Of a stretch of 64,000 nucleotides of DNA, positions 35,108 through 44,681 are shown in pieces. Position 1 is the stretch's first letter, and every line of letters starts with the position of its first letter. The position numbers and the translations under genes were made by a program. The stretch is from a virus. The stretch covers positions 7,562-71,561 of IMG/VR virus record IMGVR_UViG_3300030108_003091; one strand, given 5' to 3'. The notes under the pieces were generated by a model. The model saw only the letters and a program-made list of their open reading frames with translations. It had not been told where the DNA came from and did not search any database.

Positions 35108-37786
35108 GTGAGCACTTCTCTCAAGTCAATCAGGCAGCAACTATTGTCAATGCGCGCTTGGCATAGTGAAGGAAAAACGCTTGACAAGAAGATTAACGAC
35201 GCTGTTAACCAGGCACTTGATAGGCTTGCAGGCGACGTACCCGAAGCACTTGTGCCCGATGAACAGCACGTTGTTTTGCAACGCCCCTACACCACAGGAC
35301 AGACTGGTGGGTACGTCGTACCTCATCCCACCGATAAAAGATTGCTGGTGTTTGTGGATAAAAATGGTTTGCCCCTTGATTCTGCTCGTACGTCAACTAC
35401 TTGGAGACCTCGATGCACAGGTGAGTGGGACGGTATCATGCACATTGAGGTCAAAGATCCGCGAGGTCGCTGGCATCGTCGACAATGTCGCGAGTTTTTT
35501 TACCTCACAGATACTCCCAACTATAGACTTTCGTTTCAAAACGTTAGGGCAACGGGCAAGGCTACATTTGGGCAGATTGTTGGCTATAAAGGTTTAGTAG
35601 CTGAAGCTGATGCGCTAAATAAATACGTAGTTGAAGGTAAAAAAGTTCTTAGACGAAACTATGGCTATGTCGCTACCCAAAAAGACAATGGAGTTGCAGA
35701 AGCTAAGTCAGTTGAAAAGTTAATCGAGAGTTTGTTTTCGAGAGAAGGTGATGCCGCTTTATCTAACTTGAAGGTACGTGATGGTGCGTCGATACAAGAA
35801 CAGATCGCATTTGCGGAGAAAAACGGTCTGAATGTGAACGAGTTGGACGAACAGTTTGTTTCCCAAGTATACGCAAGAGCACGAAGTACGGGATCTAAGT
35901 TTGTCACGTATAATGCTTACGGAACGGGTCCTGTGGTTAACCACACACTCGAAAGAATATTTGGTGGAGAAGTCAGTTACGACAGCACGGTAAGATACGC
36001 GACGAGAGCGGTAAACAACAGGATTTATTTCCGTAACGAACTAAGAACAGACGACTCTATATATACGAACGTTCAAAAAGAAATAGACTACACGGCTGAA
36101 GGTGCTCTCTCTAAAAACGAAAACTTTATTCTTAGTAAAGATTTGAACTTCGAAAACGAAGACTTTGAGTACCGACTAACAGGCGCTGTGAGACAAAGAG
36201 AAGCTGACAGCTTAAATCTACAAGGGAGAGTTTCGCGAGGCCCTGTAACAATACGGAACCCCGCTCGTATTTACATGGTGACGTTGGACAGACCTTGGAT
36301 AAATAACACTGATGGTTACGAGGTAGAAATAAGCGCTAGCAAAGACAGTGCTGCATTGGAGGCTCTTGTAGAAGAAATGCGGAACATTGATCCAGAGTTG
36401 TACCTAAAAATAATAAAATCAGGTCTTTCGAAAGACTTAATTTTCTTTGGCCACAATTCTGTGTCTGTTTCTTTCGAGCCATTAGAGTTTCGTATTTATC
36501 AGCCAGAGTTTTTTCTGCGCGACGACGTAACTGAACTGCATGAGCCTGCAGTTGTTTATGATGAAACTGAGCAGCAAGTTTGGGCGATTGACACTGCTGG
36601 CGCTGATCGTGCTGGTATGCGAGATTTTCAGGGTGATACCGAAGGTCGTCCCGTTCGTATGTATCGAGGCAGACATTTTCAACTGCCTGCCCCGACTGAA
36701 GCACCGAAGGTAAGATACAGTGCTGCAGCATCTTGGTTAGAAACCCAAGTTCGTAACACCGGGAGTAGCCCTACCCCCTATACCAAAGGCGGGAAAGCTA
36801 TTATCACTAGTTCTGTTGATGCAGGACCTTTCTTTGGTGCGTTAAATCGAGGATCAGTAGAGTCGCTCAAACAAGGAACTTGGTCTATTTGCTACACCTA
36901 CGTTTGGGGTCGACGTGACAAAGAGTGGCAGCAATCACCAAATATTGCACCAAATGGTCATCGAGGTATGTCGCCTGAGATTCAGATTAACTGGGCTCAC
37001 CGTCAAGGGTTGGTCAGTTCTTTGGGTAGTTTGTTTGGCGGTCCAGAGACTTCAACGACAGGTATACATGATCCAACATGGGAAAGTGCGCCGTCGCCTG
37101 TAGCAACTGTATCTCTTAATCCTGCGTCGGTGCTTGCGGAAGGTGCTATTCAAGTACAGGCAACAAACATTGATGCAATGATGGGTTTTTCTGATCCTGG
37201 TCAGCACCGATTTGGTCGTACAGGTATGAGGTTGCGCTTCTACGTTTCGCACCGTGGGTATGGAAACAACCTTCCCGGCGGTCCTGATGGTGCTATGGCC
37301 AATACAGAAACGAATGACAAGTTTTATCTGCTGTGTGAGGTAGAACCGACTTACGACTTTTTCGGTGATAACCCGCAAGCAGGGTGTTCATTTTTGTGGA
37401 CAGGTAACTGTTTGTACGACATAGAACGTCCGTTACGTCACAGCACTGGTTATTACGCGTATAGGACTTATCCCGCACAAGATGCTCGGTATGAACTTGA
37501 CCTGCGTGTTTCTCGGTTACCAGGAAAGCTTATAGATGACCAAGATACTCCACCGATTCAACGTGACGCTGTTCCTGCTTTAGTCGAACTGGCAGCTTAC
37601 TACGTAGCTTTGTTAGACGGAGCAGATCAAAGTGGTGCTCAAGTACACTTAGACAGGTATGAGTCGTTAACAAGAAAGTTTCGGGCTCGATACGCAAATC
37701 CCGCTAAGATTGTCGAGCCTACTTCGATTATCGGTGGCACACCGTATCGGTCAAGATTTAATCTTTTCGGTAACTTCAAGTCTTAG
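35108..37786 (+). CDS. Head-tail adaptor (tail tubular protein A-like) with a very large insertion
   Basis: Adaptor-like N-terminus (SL..IR..L...IN.A.N.AL) and C-terminus (YP...Y.L.....P..L..D.D.P.I.....ALV..A). Confidence 0.55.
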   Translation: MSTSLKSIRQQLLSMRAWHSEGKTLDKKINDAVNQALDRLAGDVPEALVPDEQHVVLQRPYTTGQTGGYVVPHPTDKRLLVFVDKNGLPLDSARTSTTWRPRCTGEWDGIMHIEVKDPRGRWHRRQCREFFYLTDTPNYRLSFQNVRATGKATFGQIVGYKGLVAEADALNKYVVEGKKVLRRNYGYVATQKDNGVAEAKSVEKLIESLFSREGDAALSNLKVRDGASIQEQIAFAEKNGLNVNELDEQFVSQVYARARSTGSKFVTYNAYGTGPVVNHTLERIFGGEVSYDSTVRYATRAVNNRIYFRNELRTDDSIYTNVQKEIDYTAEGALSKNENFILSKDLNFENEDFEYRLTGAVRQREADSLNLQGRVSRGPVTIRNPARIYMVTLDRPWINNTDGYEVEISASKDSAALEALVEEMRNIDPELYLKIIKSGLSKDLIFFGHNSVSVSFEPLEFRIYQPEFFLRDDVTELHEPAVVYDETEQQVWAIDTAGADRAGMRDFQGDTEGRPVRMYRGRHFQLPAPTEAPKVRYSAAASWLETQVRNTGSSPTPYTKGGKAIITSSVDAGPFFGALNRGSVESLKQGTWSICYTYVWGRRDKEWQQSPNIAPNGHRGMSPEIQINWAHRQGLVSSLGSLFGGPETSTTGIHDPTWESAPSPVATVSLNPASVLAEGAIQVQATNIDAMMGFSDPGQHRFGRTGMRLRFYVSHRGYGNNLPGGPDGAMANTETNDKFYLLCEVEPTYDFFGDNPQAGCSFLWTGNCLYDIERPLRHSTGYYAYRTYPAQDARYELDLRVSRLPGKLIDDQDTPPIQRDAVPALVELAAYYVALLDGADQSGAQVHLDRYESLTRKFRARYANPAKIVEPTSIIGGTPYRSRFNLFGNFKS

Positions 37787-37844
37787 TTTTAGTATTTACT
37801 CCACCCTGTTATAGTTGTTTCGCAACACAACGTAAGGAGATTGC

Positions 37845-38312
37845 ATGTCATTCACACTACCTCGACCGACGATTGGTGACACACTTGAGCGCCAAAACCT
37901 TGATGGTCAAATCGAAGAGGCGATGGTTATTAGCCTCAAGTACAGTAAAGAAGATCCTGGTTTCTGGCATTCAGTGCTGATCACTCGTAATGGTTTTGAG
38001 TTTCTCTCTGGTCACAAAAACCCGATTACTCACACTGACTGGCGCCCGAAAGGTTGGGTATACCACAGTCAAATCAACGCTTTCTTGCCTGTAGGGGCAA
38101 GCACTCAAGTTGGAAGTGCCGAGATTGTTTTTGACGAAGGCACTGAACCAGAGCAGGCCAAAGAGTTACCCCTACCTCCACCTGTAGCGGGTGAAAAGTA
38201 CATGTCTTGGCGAGCGCGCGCTTACAAAGCTGTACCGGATCTAAAGGGTAATCCACAAGCGCCCGAGATTTTGTCTCTTACTTGGAAGAAACGATCGCAA
38301 GCATCATTCTAA
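37845..38312 (+). CDS. Hypothetical protein
   Basis: AAGGAG RBS; TGTTATAGT extended -10 upstream. Confidence 0.7.
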   Translation: MSFTLPRPTIGDTLERQNLDGQIEEAMVISLKYSKEDPGFWHSVLITRNGFEFLSGHKNPITHTDWRPKGWVYHSQINAFLPVGASTQVGSAEIVFDEGTEPEQAKELPLPPPVAGEKYMSWRARAYKAVPDLKGNPQAPEILSLTWKKRSQASF

Positions 38313-38323
38313 AGGATTGAACC

Positions 38324-40741
38324 TTGGCTTCTCCAGCACAACAACAAGTACTTCAGTGGGTCATCCCGCCTGGGCAGGCCGAGGTTCAATATTCTCCGCA
38401 AGCATTGGGTCAGAAAGTACGGAACTTTGATACAACAAGAGACGGTACACTACGTACTGTTTCTTTGATTGCACCGTATGAAGTATCGACCGGCAAAACT
38501 TTGCGTGTGTCAGGTTTTTCGCGTACAGGTGAGCCTGAACTGTTTTGCGATAACAAAAGCTTGCTGGCTCCTTTGGGCACCGTGTTTCACGCAAGGTTGT
38601 TTGATAAGTGCTCGGATATGCTGTTGGTGTCTGCCGGTAACCGCTTGTTAATGCACAAGCCATGGGGTAACTTCGAGTCCTCTGATGAGGTTGTTTCTCC
38701 GTATACAAGACCGCGTTTTTACCCCGTAATAACTGACTTATCGAAAAATAGTGGCGGCGGCTCTACGCTGGCAGGTTCTGTTAGTTTTCCTGATCAGTTC
38801 GTTACAATGAATGACTATGTCATTTTTAACAACGGGGTCGACCAAGCATACATTATCACGCCTGAAGGTATTCCTTTTAAACTTGGATTCAACATGACCC
38901 CGAGCGCGCCGATCGCAGAGGGTCCTACGGGCGTAGATATTGTTGGTCGAGATAGCTATTACCCTAACTCTCACGGTTATTCTTGGGAGGGTAAGATCGG
39001 GACTGCAGGAGATACCTTATCCAGTGATGGCGGCGGTATACTTGCAGGCGAGTTTCATTATCACCTACAGTACGAAGACCAGTTCGGTAACCGCTCTGCT
39101 ACGTCAGCGAAATCTAACACAGTAAAGATTGAGCCTCACACTGCCTCACCGCTAAGAGGTTCCGTGAAAGGTAACGCTGATGACGCAGTAGCCAGCACTA
39201 TCTCGGCTATTGAAAAGACTTTGGGTGTTGAGATCAAAGACGTACAGCGTCAGTTTTTAGTTCGTTGCAGTTTACCCGCTACAAAGGCTGCTTCAAGTGG
39301 TATGCTTAGATTATCCTTACTCGGGAATGCGTTTAGTGGTACTGTTTCTTGGAATACGACGGGTAGATCACACAGAGAGCGATTAGACCCAAGTGACGTA
39401 ATCGCGGTGAACTTATACAGAACACCAGATATTTTGAACGTTGGTCCGACTCCAAGACTTGTTGCTCGTATTCCTGCGTCTAACGATTTTTCTTTTCCTG
39501 ACAATGTTTCAGACGCTGAACTTGGTGATGACATGGTACAGACTGTTCCTGTACCTATATTTAAAGTCATGTGCGTGCATCAAGGCCGATTGATCATCGG
39601 GAATATCTCAGGCGCTCCAGGCATGGTGATGAGGTCTGAGCCTGGATTCCCCGGCACGTTCTCTGCCGTCGATTTTGTTTTTCCTGACAGTGGTGGCGAA
39701 GAGATTACAGCTTTGTATTCGCACAATAATCAACTTATGGCGTTTACTGAGACAAGCATCTACGCCATGGACGACTTTGCTGCACCCACACCTATTGTCC
39801 GTGGGATTGGTTGTGTAGCGCCGCAAAGTATCCAAGTAATGCGCGATGGGTCTCTAATCTGGTTAGGTCGTGATGGTTTTTACGCCATGAATAGCAGCGG
39901 GATTAACCAGATTAGTAAGACTATCGACAGGACCATGAAAACTTTGGTCAATAGAAACAGATTCAGGATGGCTACGTCTGTAATCGATCCTGACAGCGGC
40001 GAGTATCGTTGCGCTTTGTGTCCTGCGGGGCTGACTGACCAGAGTAAGGTCTTGTGTTTCGATGGTACTTACTGGCGAGAAGTTGACTACAAGATGCACA
40101 TTTCCAGTTTTGCCGTGACTCAAGATCAAAGAGAACTATGTTTGATTCTTGGCGCGGCTAAACACTTGGCAAAAGAGTCAGGAGATATACTATCTGAACC
40201 AACAAAAAGAAACATACCCTTGCAAGATGCAGCTTTTAAGCGAGGGCCAAGTGTCTACGTGACCAACAGGGAGACGCTTGCAAGCAGTAATCGGTGCGGT
40301 TTTTCTTTCGACGCTGTGTATCGATCAGGTTGGCTTAGGGCTGATCAAAATGCGTTGACTCCGGTGAATATACGCACAATGTATATCGGGTTGGTCGATA
40401 CCGAAAACGCTGACTTCACAGTTACGTTTTTCAAAAATGGTTCGACAAAACCTGTGGCGACTCAACTCATCACAGCAGTAGGGCTTGATGGTGATACCGG
40501 GATCGTTTCAAACACAGGTGACCTTGCTGTTTTAGGTGAGGGTAGTAGGACTCAGAGACCGAGAATCTTTTGGCGTAAGATACCGGTGAATATCAGCACA
40601 GCTAACAGTTGGTGTTTTGAAATTACAACTTCAGTTGACTCTAGGGGCGGCGCTGTTGAGATTGCCTCTTTTGCATTTGATATATCTGTCGCAACTGGTG
40701 GTAACCCAAGAGCAAGAATACCTGGACGCAAGGACAAATAA
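38324..40741 (+). CDS. Tail nozzle / DNA stabilization protein (tail tubular B, P22 gp10-like)
   Basis: ~800 aa; HQGRL...SEPG.P..F, GEEITAL, GIGCVAP.SI, G.Y...ISK.I beta-propeller motifs. Confidence 0.75.
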   Translation: MASPAQQQVLQWVIPPGQAEVQYSPQALGQKVRNFDTTRDGTLRTVSLIAPYEVSTGKTLRVSGFSRTGEPELFCDNKSLLAPLGTVFHARLFDKCSDMLLVSAGNRLLMHKPWGNFESSDEVVSPYTRPRFYPVITDLSKNSGGGSTLAGSVSFPDQFVTMNDYVIFNNGVDQAYIITPEGIPFKLGFNMTPSAPIAEGPTGVDIVGRDSYYPNSHGYSWEGKIGTAGDTLSSDGGGILAGEFHYHLQYEDQFGNRSATSAKSNTVKIEPHTASPLRGSVKGNADDAVASTISAIEKTLGVEIKDVQRQFLVRCSLPATKAASSGMLRLSLLGNAFSGTVSWNTTGRSHRERLDPSDVIAVNLYRTPDILNVGPTPRLVARIPASNDFSFPDNVSDAELGDDMVQTVPVPIFKVMCVHQGRLIIGNISGAPGMVMRSEPGFPGTFSAVDFVFPDSGGEEITALYSHNNQLMAFTETSIYAMDDFAAPTPIVRGIGCVAPQSIQVMRDGSLIWLGRDGFYAMNSSGINQISKTIDRTMKTLVNRNRFRMATSVIDPDSGEYRCALCPAGLTDQSKVLCFDGTYWREVDYKMHISSFAVTQDQRELCLILGAAKHLAKESGDILSEPTKRNIPLQDAAFKRGPSVYVTNRETLASSNRCGFSFDAVYRSGWLRADQNALTPVNIRTMYIGLVDTENADFTVTFFKNGSTKPVATQLITAVGLDGDTGIVSNTGDLAVLGEGSRTQRPRIFWRKIPVNISTANSWCFEITTSVDSRGGAVEIASFAFDISVATGGNPRARIPGRKDK

Positions 40742-42816
40742 TGGCTTACGAGTTTCCCAAACACGTTCTTAAATCAAAAGAGGTTCTTGACCCTGACAAA
40801 CTAACTTCTGAACTATCTCCCGCTACAGAACAACTATCAGGTCAACTGAACTCAAATAACTTGAGCGGTAAAGGGTTTAAGCTGGATAGAAACCTGATGC
40901 CGTACGGTTCTGTGCTGCGTTATGGATACGCTTACCATTTGGGCAATGCAGATTTTAGGTATGAAGGTGTGGGTAGTGGTGAAGGCGATCCTGCTGAACT
41001 CCCAAAATACCCAAGTTCGTATATTACGGGTTCTCATTGGAACACAAAACTGGCGACGGCAATGACCATATCGCAACCATGTCGGTTGTGGATCTCAGGT
41101 ATAGCGCAATATCTTTGGTATGCGTTTGTTGCACAACAAAGACCCCCATTTCCAGGTCATTGTTGGCAGTACGGTGACTTGATTGATGGAGACGATTATC
41201 CAACTCAATATTCTGGTGGTCTGAACGAATACCCAAGAAGACTCTATGGTGCTCGGGTTCAATGGGCGATTCGAGTAAACGGAATGATTGTTACTGAGTC
41301 TATTACTGGTTGTATGGATGATAATCAGCAAGCCACTGTACCGATTAAGTTGACGGTAGACCGATTACTCAAAGACGATCAGTTTCCCGGTCCTTCAGGG
41401 GAAAAGACCCCGCAACGCTCGTCTCTTGGTGTAATCGCGTGGCCATCTAGGATTGGTTGTACTGTTGACGTACCTGTAGGGCGCTGCGTCGTCGAGTTGG
41501 TTTGTAGACGGCTCAAAGATTCTAGATTCGAAAAACAATACGGACTACCTGACGACGACACAAACTCTATCGGAGTATTTAATGTTAGTCAGATAGTGTT
41601 CCAAATACCTACAAGAGTTGGTTCGGCTCCTACGTATGATTCAGTCGATGTCCCTGCCTTCGGAGACCAAGAACTTTTTGGTCGTGGAACTCTTTACAGG
41701 TCAAGATTACAAGTTCTGGAAAATACCTTGGGCAGCTTACGTCCAGGCAATCTTCAGCCAGGAGCACTTCGACCAGAGCACTTCGATCAGGGTGTTGTTG
41801 TGGACGGAAGTTTCGTGTCTTTACATGCTATGTCAGATTACGGTTACAGTGGTTTTCTTTACCAGAATCGAAGACCTGACAGAGAGTTAGCTAAAACCCT
41901 TAGCGATGAAGGGGAAGGCGTAAATCCTAACAGACAATCGATTGTCTACGATACAAGCAACAGCACTGGCTTAGTTACTGGTTGGGCTATGTGGGGAGTG
42001 AAAAACAGCTTGGGGCCAGTATTAGATGAGTTCGACGCTCTATTGTATGACCATGATTATCTTGGTTCAGGGGCTATAGGAGGTGGTATGGATCAGCCTG
42101 AGTCAGTTACAGGCACAAATAATAGTTATCACCCTGACGTGATTAGAGCGGGTGAGGAAGATTGGAGAAATACGAGTCAAGGCTGGGCGTGTTTACGCAA
42201 AGAGTTTAAGTTTCATAAAAACAGGCGTAGAGGTTTGTTGATTACGGCCGATGTTCAACTTCTGTCTATCATAGGTAACTACAGTCATTTTGTTAAAACA
42301 GACATTAGTGCCGCAAAAGGTGCTTACGCAAACGCAGGAATGTACGCATTTTTTCGCCTCGGGTACCATAAAAAAGGTGACCCTGATAAAATGTGGACGA
42401 TACTCACTAGGTCAGAGGTTTTTGTGAACTACTTCAACAACTGGCGACGGCACCCGCTAGTTTTAGATGATTCCGCTGGCGGTGCTTTCAAAGATGTTCG
42501 GCCGTTACCTTCACACGGAAATGTAAGTTTGCAGGTTCTTGTGACTCAACCTTGGTACGAGCAACAAGGTGCTCAAGTAGCGCCTTTCATTACACGTCCT
42601 GATGGTAGTGATGTTAACGACGCACTAACTGACGACTACACGATTGACGGGGTAGCTTTGTTTGTTGCCGGCGCAGAAAACTTTACTATGGTTGCTCCGA
42701 GAGTGGGTCTTAGTGGTGCTAACCTTTCTGCGTCACTGATTGATTTTGGTGCTGAGACTGTCATATCAACCCATATGTCTGCGGAAGCTTTATTGTTAGC
42801 GGATTCGGAGTACTAA
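40741..42816 (+). CDS. Putative tail/structural protein
   Basis: TAATG overlap; beta-rich; lies in the tail module. Confidence 0.6.
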   Translation: MAYEFPKHVLKSKEVLDPDKLTSELSPATEQLSGQLNSNNLSGKGFKLDRNLMPYGSVLRYGYAYHLGNADFRYEGVGSGEGDPAELPKYPSSYITGSHWNTKLATAMTISQPCRLWISGIAQYLWYAFVAQQRPPFPGHCWQYGDLIDGDDYPTQYSGGLNEYPRRLYGARVQWAIRVNGMIVTESITGCMDDNQQATVPIKLTVDRLLKDDQFPGPSGEKTPQRSSLGVIAWPSRIGCTVDVPVGRCVVELVCRRLKDSRFEKQYGLPDDDTNSIGVFNVSQIVFQIPTRVGSAPTYDSVDVPAFGDQELFGRGTLYRSRLQVLENTLGSLRPGNLQPGALRPEHFDQGVVVDGSFVSLHAMSDYGYSGFLYQNRRPDRELAKTLSDEGEGVNPNRQSIVYDTSNSTGLVTGWAMWGVKNSLGPVLDEFDALLYDHDYLGSGAIGGGMDQPESVTGTNNSYHPDVIRAGEEDWRNTSQGWACLRKEFKFHKNRRRGLLITADVQLLSIIGNYSHFVKTDISAAKGAYANAGMYAFFRLGYHKKGDPDKMWTILTRSEVFVNYFNNWRRHPLVLDDSAGGAFKDVRPLPSHGNVSLQVLVTQPWYEQQGAQVAPFITRPDGSDVNDALTDDYTIDGVALFVAGAENFTMVAPRVGLSGANLSASLIDFGAETVISTHMSAEALLLADSEY

Positions 42817-42823
42817 GTTAATC

Positions 42824-43882
42824 ATGGCATTTTATTTAGCCGACAGTACGATTTACAACGACGGTAGAAACCTAGATACTACTGCGCACGCACGCAATCT
42901 CTACAACCCGTCAGACCTTGCAACCAGCATTTACGGTCGATTGAACGGTAACATTTCAAATATGTCTTTTCGTTCGCGGTCATTTCGCGGAGAGTATTAT
43001 TGGCCTAACTTAATGGCGCGGTGTTTTGGTACTGCATCTTTGCAGCCTGTAGAGTACTTTAGTGACTCGAAACCAGATGGTTCCAGTCCAATATCTAGTA
43101 GTTATGCACCTGAAGAGTATGGGACCATAGCAGGAACTTCTATCAAGTTTTTCCTGCCTTACCAATCAATGTGTTTGATAGACATATCTACTTATTTGTC
43201 TATTTGGCGGCACTTTTATGTTAACGATAGCGGCGGCTACGAGTATGATACTGAAAGAAAAGACGTTTATTCTCATCAGGCAAGATTAAGGCTTGTCGTA
43301 GATAATTTAGTCGTACAAGAAAGAGGTCTTCCTTTCAGCGCACAAGCAAGTCCTGCTAATCGAGACACTAACTTACTTAGAGAGTTTGATACCAAAGGTG
43401 AATCTGTAGGTGATGTTCGTATGCACGAAGTTACCCAAGGTTTCTACTACGCAATGCACGCACAGTTATTTTTGCGTCCTGGGTGGCACGAAGCGCACAT
43501 AGACTACAAGTTGAGTGCGGACGGTAGGTCTATGAATGCCACGATTAAACGCGGCGCCAAGACTCTTGATACAACTGTAATGATGTATGACAGGTTGTTT
43601 TGCGGTATCAGAAATGCGCGTGTTCTAAGTTTATACAGTGAACTAGCGCCTACCGGTTCTTTGAAGCCGCTCGACGATTCAGCAGTACTCATGGACACCG
43701 AAATCGAGGAGGATGGTGGTACAAGGCAACTTTGGGTGGAGTCTGATCGACTTTCCCTGCGGGACGATTTTTTGGTTTTAGATTTATACGATAAGTACGA
43801 AATCGAACTGAACTATCTTTCGACAGGAGAGATCCTCAGACACTCCGCTGACTTTGTGGATACAACAACGGATGATGATTAG
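42824..43882 (+). CDS. Putative tail/structural protein
   Basis: Position and beta-rich composition. Confidence 0.55.
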   Translation: MAFYLADSTIYNDGRNLDTTAHARNLYNPSDLATSIYGRLNGNISNMSFRSRSFRGEYYWPNLMARCFGTASLQPVEYFSDSKPDGSSPISSSYAPEEYGTIAGTSIKFFLPYQSMCLIDISTYLSIWRHFYVNDSGGYEYDTERKDVYSHQARLRLVVDNLVVQERGLPFSAQASPANRDTNLLREFDTKGESVGDVRMHEVTQGFYYAMHAQLFLRPGWHEAHIDYKLSADGRSMNATIKRGAKTLDTTVMMYDRLFCGIRNARVLSLYSELAPTGSLKPLDDSAVLMDTEIEEDGGTRQLWVESDRLSLRDDFLVLDLYDKYEIELNYLSTGEILRHSADFVDTTTDDD

Positions 43883-43902
43883 AGATTGATTTAGGTGATG
43901 CT

Positions 43903-44661
43903 ATGTATTTATTTTTCCCAAAACTAAAGCCTTGGCAATACGTCTTACTGTTCTGTACGTTTGTTATTTGTTGGGTGTTTGGGGCACCTCTTGAAGCAAG
44001 TGCTGATGGAATGGTGTACGCTACCCCGTTGGCGATTATTGGTGCGGGTGTTGCGTTAGGTGCTTTGGCTGGTGGAGCGCAGCTTCTCGGCCAACATATT
44101 GCACGAAAGAAATACGAAAAGAGTGACATCGGTAAAGCAGAAGCCGCGATTCTAAAAGAGCAGGCAAAGATTGCTCAGACACCTCTGAGTGAACTTGGTC
44201 TCAGTGACGCACAGAAACGTAAAGCAGTAACTATGGCATTAGAGCAAGCGCGCTCACAAAAGAAACAGCTTGAGTCACAACAAGCCCGTGCGCGAGATAT
44301 TCGTGGTCCGGCACGTTCTGGTGTTGAAGCAATCCAAGATACAAAACTTCGGGAAGCTATGTTGCAGGCTGGAGCAGCGGCACGTACAGATATTGAAGCA
44401 CAATCAGCACAGTTGGCTTTGGCGCGTAAGCAAGGCGCTCAAGGTGTAGTACTGCCTGCCGCACAACAAAGGTTGGCTCAAATGACCAGAACTGCGGAAC
44501 TGTTTGGTTCGACACTTGCTGGCGGCGCTTTGGGTGGTCTGGAAGCTACAAGCGGCTCTTTCGGCGGCGGCGGCGGTGGCGGTGCTGGCGGCGGTGGCGG
44601 TGGAGGAAATAAGGGCAACGTTCCAGGGAGCCAAACCGTAATCACAACTGCTAAAGACTAA
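43903..44661 (+). CDS. Putative DNA-ejection (internal virion) protein with hydrophobic segments
   Basis: N-terminal transmembrane-like segments, Gly/Ala-rich helix, Ala/Gln coiled coil, poly-Gly tail. Confidence 0.6.
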   Translation: MYLFFPKLKPWQYVLLFCTFVICWVFGAPLEASADGMVYATPLAIIGAGVALGALAGGAQLLGQHIARKKYEKSDIGKAEAAILKEQAKIAQTPLSELGLSDAQKRKAVTMALEQARSQKKQLESQQARARDIRGPARSGVEAIQDTKLREAMLQAGAAARTDIEAQSAQLALARKQGAQGVVLPAAQQRLAQMTRTAELFGSTLAGGALGGLEATSGSFGGGGGGGAGGGGGGGNKGNVPGSQTVITTAKD

Positions 44662-44681
44662 GTAGTTAAAAGGAACCAATC

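Noticed and set aside
44562-44606. GGC microsatellite or contingency locus
   Set aside because: It is an in-frame poly-Gly linker with mixed codons.
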